NCBI GenBank assembly: GCA_026416715.1
Contig: JAOAEQ010000011.1
Location: forward strand, 12,580-76,579
From: a bacterium
GTDB taxonomy: Bacteria > UBP4 > UBA4092 > JAOAEQ01
DNA length: 64,000 nt
Reading direction: 5' to 3'
Under the pieces are notes generated by a model. That model saw only the letters and a list, made by a program, of their open reading frames with translations, made no database searches and had not been told where the DNA came from. Positions within the stretch are counted from its first letter, which is position 1, and each line of letters opens with the position of its first letter. The translations under genes and the position numbers were made by a program. Of this stretch, positions 8,773 through 19,379 are shown piece by piece.

Positions 8773-9858
8773 ATGCATCCTATCCCAGTTTTTGATGGGC
8801 ATAACGATACGCTCTATCATCTTTTCCTGCCAGAAAAAAGTAAAGGACGGACTTTTTTCGTCGAAAGTTCGTTCGGGCATATCGATTATCCGCGCGCGAA
8901 AAAAGGCGGACTAATAGGCGGGTTCTTCGGGATTTATACTCCACCGCCAAAATCTACTTTGGAACCAGTCACGCAGTTCAACGCCCAGATGACCGAATCG
9001 GAATATAATGCCCCGCTACCACCACCGTTAAATTATGATTATGCACATACGTTTGTTCATTCAGTAATCGATTTCGCTGAACAGCTAGAACAGCTATCTG
9101 CTGGGAAAGTTAAAATTGTCCGGCGGTATTCCGAATTACAACAGTGGATTGAAAATGATATCCTTGCGTTCGTCCTCCATATCGAAGGAGCGGAAGCTAT
9201 TAATCCGGATTTATCGGATTTACCGGAGTTCTATCAGCGTGGGGTTAGGTCGCTCGGATTAGTCTGGAGCCGGCCGAATGCGTTCGGTTCCGGTGTTCCG
9301 TTCCGATATCCGAGTTCGCCGGATATCGGTCATGGACTGACTCAGGCAGGGAAAAACCTAGTCGCAGCGTGTAATGAATTAGGGATTATCCTAGATTTAT
9401 CGCATCTGAATGAACAAGGGTTCTGGGATGTAGCGAAACTATCGAAACATCCGTTAGTCGTCAGTCATACCGGCGTGCATGCGATATGTCCATCAAGTCG
9501 CAACTTAACTGATGAACAGATTGATGCGATCGCTGATTCTGGCGGAGTTGTCGGGATAATGTTCCAACCGGCACATCTGCAATTTAGCGGTAACAAGGAC
9601 CCTATGCCGAATGATAATGTTGCAATAACCGATATTGTTAAACATATTGATTATATTAAGACGCGAATTGGAATAGAACATGTTGCGTTCGGATCGGATT
9701 TCGATGGCGCTCAAATGCCGAAAGAGTTAAACGATGTTTCAGGGTTACAGAAATTGATTGAGGCACTTCGCCAAGCGGAATATGCGGATAAAGATATCGA
9801 AAAGATTGCGTATAAGAATTGGTTTCGAGTTATTCAAGAAACGTGGATACGTGGATAG
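8773..9858 (+). CDS. Membrane dipeptidase (peptidase M19)
   Basis: DGHND, HIEGA, DLSH, SHT and GSDFDG motifs. Confidence 0.93.
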   Translation: MHPIPVFDGHNDTLYHLFLPEKSKGRTFFVESSFGHIDYPRAKKGGLIGGFFGIYTPPPKSTLEPVTQFNAQMTESEYNAPLPPPLNYDYAHTFVHSVIDFAEQLEQLSAGKVKIVRRYSELQQWIENDILAFVLHIEGAEAINPDLSDLPEFYQRGVRSLGLVWSRPNAFGSGVPFRYPSSPDIGHGLTQAGKNLVAACNELGIILDLSHLNEQGFWDVAKLSKHPLVVSHTGVHAICPSSRNLTDEQIDAIADSGGVVGIMFQPAHLQFSGNKDPMPNDNVAITDIVKHIDYIKTRIGIEHVAFGSDFDGAQMPKELNDVSGLQKLIEALRQAEYADKDIEKIAYKNWFRVIQETWIRG

Positions 9859-10070
9859 ATGCGCAATAGCAAATGTCGAATGTATCAAATGTGATATCCC
9901 CTAATTTTCTGATAACAATATTGTACTTCACTGAGGCAAGCAAGTTCGCCATTGGAGAACTTGCTCCATCGTTTATTTCATTCGAGTTAGATTTGTTAAC
10001 ACATCGCTAACTTGTCGTTTCCAGTTAGCAGATAATATTTCATATAATTTACTGTTTAAAGAAGCATATT

Positions 10071-10102
10071 AGCAGATTCTGCATTAGAAAATCTGCTTTT
10101 TC
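10071..10102 (+). terminator. Probable intrinsic terminator downstream of the dipeptidase gene
   Basis: AGCAGATT/AATCTGCT stem followed by a T tract. Confidence 0.5.
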
Positions 10103-10128
10103 TGATATGATATTATAAATAGTATCGT

Positions 10129-11013
10129 ATGACGTGGCTCGTATATACTCTCATAGCAACGTTGTTAATTTCGATAGTAAATATTATTGATAAATATCTG
10201 ATATCGAAACTAGGGGTTAAACCGCTCGTTCCGGTGATGATATTAGGATTAATCGGAGCGATTTCAGCGGGAGTCATTCTTGCGATTGAAGGGTTCGTCA
10301 TTTTAGCTCCGGTTCATTTATGGTTAGCGTTCATTTGCGGGATTCTGTTCATCTTGAATGTTTATTTCTATTTTGAAGCGGTGAAAATTGAAGATATCTC
10401 TCGGATTGTTCCGCTGTATTATCTCTCGCCGATATATATTCTGGTTATCGCTTGGTTCTTTCTCGGAGAACGGTTCTCCGCATCGAAATATATCGGAATC
10501 CTGCTGATCGTTTCGATGGCAATCGTTATTTCGATGAAAGATTTTAAATCGTTCCGGATGAGTAGAGCGTTTTGGTATATGATCTTAGCATCGGTGGCGG
10601 TAAGTATTGTGCAAGTTATAACCAAATATCTCTTAAATTCAAACGAGTTCTGGCCGGTATTCGCATATATCCGGCTAGGAGCGTTTGTCGCATTAATTCC
10701 GGTATATTGGACGAAATATCCGGAATTGAAAAGGCAATATCAGACCGCTGGAAAGAAACCGTTTGGGATAATCGTTGTGAATGAAACCGTAACCTTATTT
10801 TCGTTAATACTCTACACTGCAGCGATTGCAGTTGGATTTGTAACTCTGGTTAACGCGTTATCCGCAACTCAACCATTATTCGTTTTAATGTTCTCGGTGT
10901 TGCTGAGTCTATGGTATCCGCAGATTCTCAAAGAAGAACTTTCTAAATCTGGGATATTGATTAAGCTGGTTGCGATCATCCTGATGTTTATCGGTATCAT
11001 GCTCATCAGATGA
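10129..11013 (+). CDS. EamA/DMT family transporter
   Basis: About 10 TM helices in two repeats; FLGERF motif. Confidence 0.88.
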   Translation: MTWLVYTLIATLLISIVNIIDKYLISKLGVKPLVPVMILGLIGAISAGVILAIEGFVILAPVHLWLAFICGILFILNVYFYFEAVKIEDISRIVPLYYLSPIYILVIAWFFLGERFSASKYIGILLIVSMAIVISMKDFKSFRMSRAFWYMILASVAVSIVQVITKYLLNSNEFWPVFAYIRLGAFVALIPVYWTKYPELKRQYQTAGKKPFGIIVVNETVTLFSLILYTAAIAVGFVTLVNALSATQPLFVLMFSVLLSLWYPQILKEELSKSGILIKLVAIILMFIGIMLIR

Positions 11014-11106
11014 AAAAAGAGTTGGTTTGTTCCGTCATTTAAGAAACAACTTTTTTAATTTGCTCTTTTTGTAGTACAATATATAGTTAAATAAATCAAT
11101 GGTTAT

Positions 11107-11183
11107 GGCGGCGTAGCTCAGATGGCTAGAGCATGCGGTTCATACCCGCACTGTCAGGGGTTCGAATCCCTTCGCCGCCACCA
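11107..11183 (+). tRNA. tRNA-Met(CAT), elongator type
   Basis: GGCGGCG/CGCCGCC acceptor with G1-C72 pair, TGCGG-TTCATAC-CCGCA anticodon arm, ACCA end. Confidence 0.93.
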
Positions 11184-11211
11184 TAGTCATTTCACATTGA
11201 GCAGATACAAC

Positions 11212-11296
11212 GCCGGGATGGTGGAATTGGCATACACGTACGTTTGAGGTGCGTATGGGGAGACCCGTGCGGGTTCAAGTCCCGCTCCCGGCACCA
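11212..11296 (+). tRNA. tRNA-Leu(GAG)
   Basis: GCCGGGA/TCCCGGC acceptor, TACGT-TTGAGGT-GCGTA anticodon arm, variable arm, ACCA end. Confidence 0.95.
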
Positions 11297-11474
11297 TATT
11301 TAATCTCACATTTCTTTCTCGTCATATGTTTCATCGTGTTCTCTTTCGTCTTCATCGAGTGAACCTCAGTGATGTTTCCGATTAAACGCCGGTTAATCAA
11401 ACGCAATTGTTATCCGAACGAATGAAAACCAACCGAACGAGCATAAATTTTATTCGAAACAATTAGTTTTCCCC

Positions 11475-11503
11475 TTGACACTCTACTTAAATAGAGATAC
11501 AAT
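11475..11503 (+). promoter_or_regulatory. Sigma70-type promoter for the M55 peptidase gene
   Basis: TTGACA-17 nt-TACAAT, followed by a GAGGAG RBS. Confidence 0.7.
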
Positions 11504-11543
11504 CGTAAGGCAAATTTATTTAACGAGGAGCCACATTATTGAT

Positions 11544-12344
11544 ATGAAACTCTTTATTTCTGCGGATATGGAAGGTATCTCCGGAATTGTGCATAACGAC
11601 CAGCGGAATCGTGACGGTCGGGATTATGAGAAATCACGCAAATTGATGACGGAAGAAGTGAATGCGGCTATTGACGGTGCACTAGCTGCAGGAGTTAAAG
11701 AAATCGTGGTTAACGATTCGCATGATACGATGCGGAATATCATTCCGGCAGATTTACATCCCGCCGCTAGTCTCATCTCCGGAGATTATAAACCATTGTC
11801 AATGATGCAAGGGATAGATAGAACATTTGATTTTGTTTTTTTTATTGGCTATCATGCGAAACGTGGAACCGCTGGTGCGGTAATGGATCATACCTATACC
11901 GAAAGCGGGGTATATCGACTCCGAATTAATGGAAAACCTTACGGCGAAACCGGAATAAACGCTGCGGTGGCTGGATATTTTGGTGTGCCGGTTATTTTAG
12001 TTTGTGGTGATGATAAATTAGCGCTGGAAGCGAAAGAAACCCTTAAAAACGTGGTTACGGTAACCGTAAAATTCGGGCAAGGGAGAACATCAGCGCGGAA
12101 TCTCCATCCGGAAAAGGTTAAACAACTCATTAAATCGGCAGCGATTGATGCGATTCAGCGCCGGAAAGAATTTCAGCCATTTAAATTTACTCCGCCAATC
12201 GTTATGGACCTCGATTTTGTCTATACGCATTACGCTGACCGGGCTTGTCGCATACCAGGGGTGAAACGGACCGGTGCAGCATCAATTCGATATATTAGCA
12301 GAGATTATCTAGAATTGTTCAAAGTTTTCCTAGCCGTAATGTAA
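11544..12344 (+). CDS. M55 family D-aminopeptidase (DppA-like); start moved to ATG 11544
   Basis: ISADMEGISG, VNDSH, GYHA and DHT motifs; upstream promoter and RBS. Confidence 0.92.
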   Translation: MKLFISADMEGISGIVHNDQRNRDGRDYEKSRKLMTEEVNAAIDGALAAGVKEIVVNDSHDTMRNIIPADLHPAASLISGDYKPLSMMQGIDRTFDFVFFIGYHAKRGTAGAVMDHTYTESGVYRLRINGKPYGETGINAAVAGYFGVPVILVCGDDKLALEAKETLKNVVTVTVKFGQGRTSARNLHPEKVKQLIKSAAIDAIQRRKEFQPFKFTPPIVMDLDFVYTHYADRACRIPGVKRTGAASIRYISRDYLELFKVFLAVM

Positions 12345-12438
12345 CCTAATAGTTGAATATTTGATTTTCTTATGTTATTCTTAAAGCTGAAATTTTAGTA
12401 ATGCTGGATTCATATTATCGTTGAGGTGTGGTATAAGT

Positions 12439-12978
12439 ATGAACTTGCGCTTGCCAAATTTCATCTTATTGTTAATAGTTTGTCTTTGTTTAGCAATACT
12501 TATTACCGGCTGCGCTAAAACCAGAGTCGCTAAAAAACCGATTATCATCGAACCAGCCGAACCTGTTCCGCCACCAGAACCTCCTCCAGCACCACTACCG
12601 CCACCGCCGCCGGAACCTGAATCAGTTACTCCAGCGCCGCCCCCGCCCCCTGAACCAGTTGTAGTTATCCCATCAGTACCACCATCACCGCCGCCCCCGC
12701 CACCAAAACCTGTTGCACCACCAGCAAAAAAACCAGCGCTACAATTCGCTACGGTTACCGTTCCCCCAATAAGCATTCTAGGCAAAAAAATATCTACCGT
12801 TGATATTCTAACCGCACCGGGACCAAATAATCCTGTAGTTGCTCAGGTTTCAGATAAAACTCGGGTACAAATTATTTCAAAAACCGCAAATAACTGGTAT
12901 AAAATCAAATTGCCTGACGGGCGAGTTGGTTGGATTTCAGGGAATTTTCTAATCATCCCGGTTAAAACCAGTCCGTGA
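12439..12978 (+). CDS. Lipoprotein with a Pro-rich linker and C-terminal SH3b domain
   Basis: Lipobox ITGC, poly-Pro tract, WYKIKLPDGRVGWI SH3b signature. Confidence 0.78.
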   Translation: MNLRLPNFILLLIVCLCLAILITGCAKTRVAKKPIIIEPAEPVPPPEPPPAPLPPPPPEPESVTPAPPPPPEPVVVIPSVPPSPPPPPPKPVAPPAKKPALQFATVTVPPISILGKKISTVDILTAPGPNNPVVAQVSDKTRVQIISKTANNWYKIKLPDGRVGWISGNFLIIPVKTSP

Positions 12979-13020
12979 TAAAGTGTATACTGGTATAATA
13001 ACTTGGCAATAGGTTATCTT

Positions 13021-14160
13021 ATGAAATCCTGTCCTGCGTGTAAATATCAGAATGAAGATGATGCAAAGTTCTGTAAAGGATGCGGTATTCCACTCAAATC
13101 CGCGCCGGTAACCGTTGCTGCGGAAGAGACAGAGAAACAGCCGATTAGTGCAAAGACGGTATTCCAAAAAGTTGACAAAGAAATTGATGGTAATAACATT
13201 GAAATAAAAACTATCCGATGCCCGAACTGTGGAAATGATACGCTGCCTGATTTTGAAACCTGTACGCAATGCGGGAGACCATTGATTCCGATTGCGGTTC
13301 AATCGTATATGCAATCGCAGAAACAAGAAGCATCGGAAAAATTCAATCTCGAAAAAAAACGTATCAATGGTAACGAAGAGATAAAAAATCAACCGCAACC
13401 GCCAGCGGAACCGTTCAAGGAAGAGTCGCCCGATGAATCATGGGAAGTGGTTTACTGTCCAGTTTGCGGAAGGAGAACGCGAACCAGTTTTGGATATTGC
13501 CTGAACTGTCGGGTCAGTTTAAGTCCACAATCGCAACTGGCAACAGGCTCTGATTCCGCTAGTATTACCAGCCGCCCAGTAGAACTTCAACCTACTGAAG
13601 CTAGAGGTTTACCACCGGCGGATATCGCCGGAGAAAAACCGAAACCAGCAATTCACAAGAATCGGTTACGAGCTATTATTCCGATAATTATTGTGATTTT
13701 TATTGTCAGTATAATATTCCTAGGGATACTGTTATTCGTTTATCGTTCGCATCGTTCAGAACGAATTGCACTAGAAGAAGAACTGGGTTCAGTTGCTGAA
13801 ACAGGAATAACGGCGGAAATATCAGCGGTTGTTGCAGTTTTCGATACCGTCCGTGATGCAACGCTGGCGAAAGATACCGAGTTGCTCATGAGCTGTTATT
13901 CCGCTCAATTTCCGGATTATCAGCAAAAACTTAAGGATACTGAAGAAACGATTCGAACCTATGATATTGTTTCCTTAACCTATGTGATAGATAGTTCGGC
14001 GATAAAAATTACTCCGGATACAGCGGAACTACCGATACAATGGCAGATTAAATTGCGTAAATATGATGACGGGTCGACTATCTCCGCTACCGATTCGAAT
14101 TATGTTGTTCTGACTAAAGAAAATAACCGCTGGAAAATTGTTCAAGTGTTCCAGCGGTAG
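13021..14160 (+). CDS. Multi zinc-ribbon membrane protein with NTF2-like C-terminal domain
   Basis: Three pairs of CxxC motifs, one TM helix, C-terminal ...KENNRWKIV. Confidence 0.72.
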   Translation: MKSCPACKYQNEDDAKFCKGCGIPLKSAPVTVAAEETEKQPISAKTVFQKVDKEIDGNNIEIKTIRCPNCGNDTLPDFETCTQCGRPLIPIAVQSYMQSQKQEASEKFNLEKKRINGNEEIKNQPQPPAEPFKEESPDESWEVVYCPVCGRRTRTSFGYCLNCRVSLSPQSQLATGSDSASITSRPVELQPTEARGLPPADIAGEKPKPAIHKNRLRAIIPIIIVIFIVSIIFLGILLFVYRSHRSERIALEEELGSVAETGITAEISAVVAVFDTVRDATLAKDTELLMSCYSAQFPDYQQKLKDTEETIRTYDIVSLTYVIDSSAIKITPDTAELPIQWQIKLRKYDDGSTISATDSNYVVLTKENNRWKIVQVFQR

Positions 14161-14184
14161 ACATTATACAAAATTGGAAATATG

Positions 14185-15192
14185 TTATAATTCCTGATTT
14201 GCAGATTTAAGTTCAGCGAGTTGTTCTTTTGATATTCCGGGGTAATGATAGATCACTACACCATCCGCTCCTGCTGCTTTCGCTGCTTGCATTCCGAGTC
14301 GAATCTCACCAGGTTTCATCTCTTCTATTGGATATCCGAATCCGGCATAATAGTTACATTTCCCTTTCATTTCTTTAAGTCCTAATTCGGTAGCTTCTTT
14401 AACCCAGGTGATAGGTTTACCCCACTGTTTTTGCGCATAAATCATCGTGCAAAGGTGGTCGAGTTGGTCTGCAAACGATGGCCAATCTTGCAGAACATTT
14501 TTTCGCGCAATATCCGGTGTCGGAAATACTGCAGCTGAAAGTTTTAAATTTGGCGGGATTTGGTTTCGTATCTGGCGAACAGTATCAGTTATCGTTTGAT
14601 ATCGCCATTGAGTCCACTGCTGATATAATGCTGACTTCGGGTCGAGCGGAACATCCACCGGATCAACCCCAGTTTCTTTCATATATCTTCCTCGACAATT
14701 CAAACAATAACAGAAACTATATTCTGGCACTTCATCACGCGGAATTGCTAATCTACCCTGAAACGCAAAAATATCTGGATATCGGATAAAATCTAGATGG
14801 AGTCCATCACATCCGGTTTCCGCAACTTTCTTTTGTACCCGCTGTAAATAATAGTTCAAATAATGCTTATTATCCGGGCACCACCAACTATGTTTACCCC
14901 AAAGTATCTTCTGGCGGGTATTATATCCTTCACGGCTGACCGCAAGCCAATATGGCCGTTCATTCATAGTTTTCCGGACTTCGTTATCCTGTGAAACCAA
15001 ATTATTTATCATCCAAGCATGGAATTCAAGTCCAACTTGATGTGCCTGTTCAACGAGTTTCGATATTTCTTGCGGAGAAGCAGTTTCTACAAGAACCCAA
15101 ACTTTTTCTGCACCGACCTCTTTCATTTCAGCACAAGACCGAGCGAAATCCATATCTGAGTTGTATATAACCCAAAATCCTTGAAGAATCAT
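14185..15192 (-). CDS. GHL10 (DUF187-like) glycoside hydrolase, no evident signal peptide
   Basis: GLEFHAW, DGLHLDFIRYP, SAAVF and QDW motifs. Confidence 0.82.
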   Translation of the reverse strand: MILQGFWVIYNSDMDFARSCAEMKEVGAEKVWVLVETASPQEISKLVEQAHQVGLEFHAWMINNLVSQDNEVRKTMNERPYWLAVSREGYNTRQKILWGKHSWWCPDNKHYLNYYLQRVQKKVAETGCDGLHLDFIRYPDIFAFQGRLAIPRDEVPEYSFCYCLNCRGRYMKETGVDPVDVPLDPKSALYQQWTQWRYQTITDTVRQIRNQIPPNLKLSAAVFPTPDIARKNVLQDWPSFADQLDHLCTMIYAQKQWGKPITWVKEATELGLKEMKGKCNYYAGFGYPIEEMKPGEIRLGMQAAKAAGADGVVIYHYPGISKEQLAELKSANQEL

Positions 15193-15291
15193 AATGGTGC
15201 ACTAACGAAACTAGGTAAAACGAAATAAACGCAAACTCGTAGAAGGTGTAATTCTAACGTTCTTTCGTTTTTACGATCTTACGTTTTACAG

Positions 15292-17658
15292 TTACTTTTT
15301 CATCCATTTTTGGAGTTTACCTCCTAACGGACCGTAATCCATAATCAGAATGTATAGGGTATGTCCGTTATCGGTAAACGCTACTCCACGGGGATGCGTT
15401 ACCGGCGGCGTTCCACCAACCAAATCAGCAATGTGTTGTTCATGCGTATTGAAAACATGCACGCAATTCAATCCATAATTGCTAACATAGATATTTCCCT
15501 GGCGATCAACATCGACGGCGCCGGAAGCATCCTGAACTTTAATTAAATCTTCTTTCTGTTCATAGTTAGCAATTCCTTTTTTTATTCCGCCAACCCATTT
15601 ATGAATTGCGCCACTCGCTTCATCAGCAATATAAACCGTTTTCCCATCTCGAGTTACTCCGATTCCACGATTGATATGTATGGTTTGCGAAGTCACATCT
15701 CCAAACGGACTCCCTGGAACTTCTTTTCCCTCTGGAGTATAGATATGCCATCGGTTATGCAGTTTTTCCACCACATAGAGATATCCCGCATCAGAGATAT
15801 CCAAATCCCCAGGAACATAGGGTAACTCAAATCCGGGGAATGGTTTTCCATCTTTCGCGCGGAATTTTAGAATCCGACCGGTAGTATCGCAAGATACATA
15901 AACGTATCCTTTCCGGTCAACATCAATTCCAGATGGATTCAGTATCGGGACTTCTCTTCCGTGCGAATCGAGTCCAACACTGATTTTTGAAAATGCGGAT
16001 TCTAATCCATTCGGTTCAAATATCCGAATATTCGGAGGACGCAGTTCGGTCAACCAGACTTTTCCTTCCTGGTCACAGACCGCATATTGTCCAACCTTAT
16101 AACTGCTACCAAAATCGCCTCCTTGAATATAGTTGCCTGATGGATGATAGATATGAATTCTGGTATATTCACTTTCACCGAGATTTTCTGCGGTATCGTA
16201 CGCACGAACCCGCAGATATATTTTCGTTTGTGCGGGTAGTGCAGGGATAGATTCTGCAGTGGTAAATATATCGCGCGTTTGCGGATCGCGAATCATTTTT
16301 AGTTCTGCGATGTTTTCTGTTCCATCAGGTGAATAAATGGTGTAACTGAGTGAAACGGAATTTTCTTCGATACCCGAACCATCAGTAATTTTGCAGGCAA
16401 CCCGAAATGGTTCGCCAGCTCGAACAATTTGTGGTATAGTTCGTAGTTCGGTGATTAATGGACCTACCACGTCAGCTTTTGTTGAAGTTTTCCACCACAT
16501 ATCTTCTATACCAGGAGCAATAGCTGGTTGGGCAAACGGACCAGCAATAAGCGCTTCCGCAAATTTTGTTCGATTCTGTTTTGAAAAAAGCGTTAAATAA
16601 TCGAACACCGTTATTCCCCGGATTCTATCGTTTTTCGCCTCCTCGCGAGCTATTTCAATCTGTTTAACCAAATCCTCTGCGGTTTTCAATTGATAAGGAC
16701 CGGTGCCAGGATAAATCAGCCGTTGATGTTGATTCTGTAAATGCCGTTTCGCCCAAGCGCGATATTGTTCGTTATCTGGTGTATACATCATCGGACAGAT
16801 GAAATCAATAATTCCTTCTGCAAGCCACCGATGTGAATCCTGCAGATAGTAGGTATATCCATCATCATAGTCTCCCCAAACTGATGCGGATAACATGAGG
16901 TTCGGTTTAACCGATTTTATTCCCTGATATGTTTTACGAACTAATGCGGTAACCTGTTCTCTGCGGAATTCGTTCCAGAGTTCAGGGTTTTCATCTGGGG
17001 TAGCATTCGTCTGGTCATAGAATCGTTTCAAACTGACCGAATCGAATGAATAACTTGCACCGTAGTACCTGACGTAATCGAAATGGAGTCCGTCAATATC
17101 ATATTTCTGGATAATTTCCATAAAAATGTTATACAGATACTCCTGCACTTCCGGATGCGCAGGATTTAATACTACATATTCATTACTGAGTTCCATTTTT
17201 TTGCCATCGCGAGTATAACAGAACCATTCCGGATGAGTATGCCAGATATGCGCTCGTGATTTCGGTGGAACTTTCCCACGCCATGCAGGATAAACGTTTA
17301 CCCACGCATGAAGTTGTAATCCGAGTCGATGCGCTTCTTCAACCGCGATAGCTAAAGGATCCCAGCCCGGGTCATTCCCATCCGGACTGATTTGTTCTGC
17401 CCACGGTTCATAATCTGATTTATAATACGATTCCGCCTGACCACGAACCTGGAATATCACGATATTAAAATTGGTTTCTTTAACGTTTTTCATTATCATT
17501 TTAATGTCTTCTGGTGAATTATAACTCCATCGCGATATCCAGATAGCGCGCGCTTCTTTCACCAGCGGTTCATTTTCAGCAAAAGTTATTTGGATACTTA
17601 GTAAAAAAATGAAACACCAGAGTAGTATGAGCGAATGAATGAATTTTGCGTGTGCCAT
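15292..17658 (-). CDS. Secreted GHL10 glycoside hydrolase with C-terminal NHL/beta-propeller repeats
   Basis: Signal peptide; EARAIW, LHAWVN and DGLHFDYVRY motifs; NHL-like repeats such as PSGIDVDRKGYVYV. Confidence 0.87.
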   Translation of the reverse strand: MAHAKFIHSLILLWCFIFLLSIQITFAENEPLVKEARAIWISRWSYNSPEDIKMIMKNVKETNFNIVIFQVRGQAESYYKSDYEPWAEQISPDGNDPGWDPLAIAVEEAHRLGLQLHAWVNVYPAWRGKVPPKSRAHIWHTHPEWFCYTRDGKKMELSNEYVVLNPAHPEVQEYLYNIFMEIIQKYDIDGLHFDYVRYYGASYSFDSVSLKRFYDQTNATPDENPELWNEFRREQVTALVRKTYQGIKSVKPNLMLSASVWGDYDDGYTYYLQDSHRWLAEGIIDFICPMMYTPDNEQYRAWAKRHLQNQHQRLIYPGTGPYQLKTAEDLVKQIEIAREEAKNDRIRGITVFDYLTLFSKQNRTKFAEALIAGPFAQPAIAPGIEDMWWKTSTKADVVGPLITELRTIPQIVRAGEPFRVACKITDGSGIEENSVSLSYTIYSPDGTENIAELKMIRDPQTRDIFTTAESIPALPAQTKIYLRVRAYDTAENLGESEYTRIHIYHPSGNYIQGGDFGSSYKVGQYAVCDQEGKVWLTELRPPNIRIFEPNGLESAFSKISVGLDSHGREVPILNPSGIDVDRKGYVYVSCDTTGRILKFRAKDGKPFPGFELPYVPGDLDISDAGYLYVVEKLHNRWHIYTPEGKEVPGSPFGDVTSQTIHINRGIGVTRDGKTVYIADEASGAIHKWVGGIKKGIANYEQKEDLIKVQDASGAVDVDRQGNIYVSNYGLNCVHVFNTHEQHIADLVGGTPPVTHPRGVAFTDNGHTLYILIMDYGPLGGKLQKWMKK

Positions 17659-17900
17659 ATGTTATAAATAATCCTTTCGATATAAAATTGGGATTTTTAT
17701 TATAGCAGAAATAAGTAATAATGAGGAAATAAATGAGGAAATTAGGTTAAACGAGAAAACAAAATCCGGTATTATTATCTCGTTTACGCATAGTAAACGC
17801 AAAATATTTAATAAGGCAAACACACTGTTTTAGAATGAACGTATATTAGAAAATTGGCAGAAATAAGATTATAAAATGCTGGTGAGGAAGTCTTATAAAG

Positions 17901-18911
17901 TTATCGAATGAATTTTAGCGGATTAACGGGAGTACCATCTCTATGCACTTCAAAATGTACGTGCGGACCGGTTGACAGACCGCTACTACCAACCCGAGCA
18001 ATCGGTTGTCCTTTTTTAACATAATCTCCCGGTCGAACGAGTAAAAATGAACAATGTCCGTATATGGTTTCGTACCCTCGATTATGACGAATCACTACGG
18101 TTTTCCCTAACAGTCCGTTCCAACCGGATTCAATAACCCGACCACTTTCCGCAGCAACAATCGTTGCGCCATACGATGCTGCAATATCTATCCCAGTATG
18201 GAGTCGAGCTCCGCCACCCATTGGATGGGTTCGATATCCGAATCGGGAAGTAATTCTCCCTTGCACCGGTAATCTGAATCCAGTTCCAGTTTGATTTCCA
18301 AGCGCAATTTGAATCGCTTTCTGCCCAGGTAGAAAAATCCGAGTTCCGGATTTAACTTCAGTTGCTGAAGTTAATCCGTTTACCAATAGGATATCTTCAA
18401 CTTTTATACGATATGTTTTTGCGAGTGAGGTTATTGATTGGTTTTTAGTGACTGTGCGAAACACTCCAACTTGATTCGGGACTTTGATAATTCTTCCCGG
18501 CTGGAGTGCGTGTGCGTCTAGAGAAGGATTCTCTGCTAGAATAGTCTGCGGGGTAACTCCATATTTTTGGGCAATGCTCCAAATTGATTCCCCGGAGGAA
18601 ATTCGATGATGATAAACCACAACTTTATTCGTATTCGGTGGCCGTTCTGTTGCATTCGTTGATTCACCCGCATGTGAAATGGTTTTTCCAGCGTTTTCTA
18701 CAGACTGCTCTGGAGTAGCAATCGGCGTTGAATTTGATGTCGGTTCATTGATTGCGATAGTATTTTTCGGAGATTTAACTTCGGAAGGTGTTGGTATCGT
18801 CGCAAAATATAGCCGGCCAATTCCTGCGAACATTATTGCAATTGTAATTACAGTGCTAATCAGAACCGAATATGGTATTTTACTGTTGCGCTCTCTGTTT
18901 TTTTCTATCAT
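17901..18911 (-). CDS. LysM-LysM-M23 peptidoglycan endopeptidase
   Basis: N-terminal TM, GESIWSIAQKYG LysM, HTGID and HVHFE M23 motifs. Confidence 0.93.
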   Translation of the reverse strand: MIEKNRERNSKIPYSVLISTVITIAIMFAGIGRLYFATIPTPSEVKSPKNTIAINEPTSNSTPIATPEQSVENAGKTISHAGESTNATERPPNTNKVVVYHHRISSGESIWSIAQKYGVTPQTILAENPSLDAHALQPGRIIKVPNQVGVFRTVTKNQSITSLAKTYRIKVEDILLVNGLTSATEVKSGTRIFLPGQKAIQIALGNQTGTGFRLPVQGRITSRFGYRTHPMGGGARLHTGIDIAASYGATIVAAESGRVIESGWNGLLGKTVVIRHNRGYETIYGHCSFLLVRPGDYVKKGQPIARVGSSGLSTGPHVHFEVHRDGTPVNPLKFIR

Positions 18912-18955
18912 TATTCAACCCTAGAATCCTAAAAAAATAAATCCTGTGCGAAAAT

Positions 18956-18984
18956 AGTATAACGATAACTCTATAAAATGTCAA
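18956..18984 (-). promoter_or_regulatory. Sigma70-type promoter for the LysM-M23 gene
   Basis: Minus strand TTGACA-17 nt-TATACT. Confidence 0.7.
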
Positions 18985-19379
18985 GCAAAATCTTGCTATT
19001 TTTGTAAAAAATAAAAAAATAAAATACACCTTACTTTATTTTAAGGCATAACATTATACTTTTTCGTATCTCGCATATAAAATAAATTTTGCAATTATTA
19101 TACCATAACTAGCTACATTGTTTGTTTCCTTTCGATGATATATTTCACGTTGTAACTAATCGGACAACCAGTAATCGTTGCGATTTTTTCGGTAGAGAAA
19201 ATCGCAGATTGTTGAACGGTAAAAAGAATATTTCTATTTTGTAAAAACGTTAAAACGCTCTCTAAGCAGTAAAATAAAGAACGAATAACGAAAAACCAAT
19301 ACATTACCTTGCCGCATTTCGCTATAATATTTACAATATTTTGCTTGACATTTTTCTCAATTCCCAGTAGTTTGATTGA

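Noticed and set aside
9930..10102. Possible riboswitch upstream of the EamA transporter (GGCAAGCAAGTTCGCC resembles a fluoride aptamer start; a terminator follows)
   Set aside because: The downstream conserved aptamer elements are missing; the segment forms a simple AGCAAGTTC/GAACTTGCT hairpin
11475..11543. TTG-start extension of the M55 peptidase in the ORF track
   Set aside because: The TTG is the -35 box of the promoter; family similarity starts at ATG 11544
12381..12785. Gly-rich minus-strand ORF
   Set aside because: Antisense shadow of the poly-Pro codons of the SH3b lipoprotein
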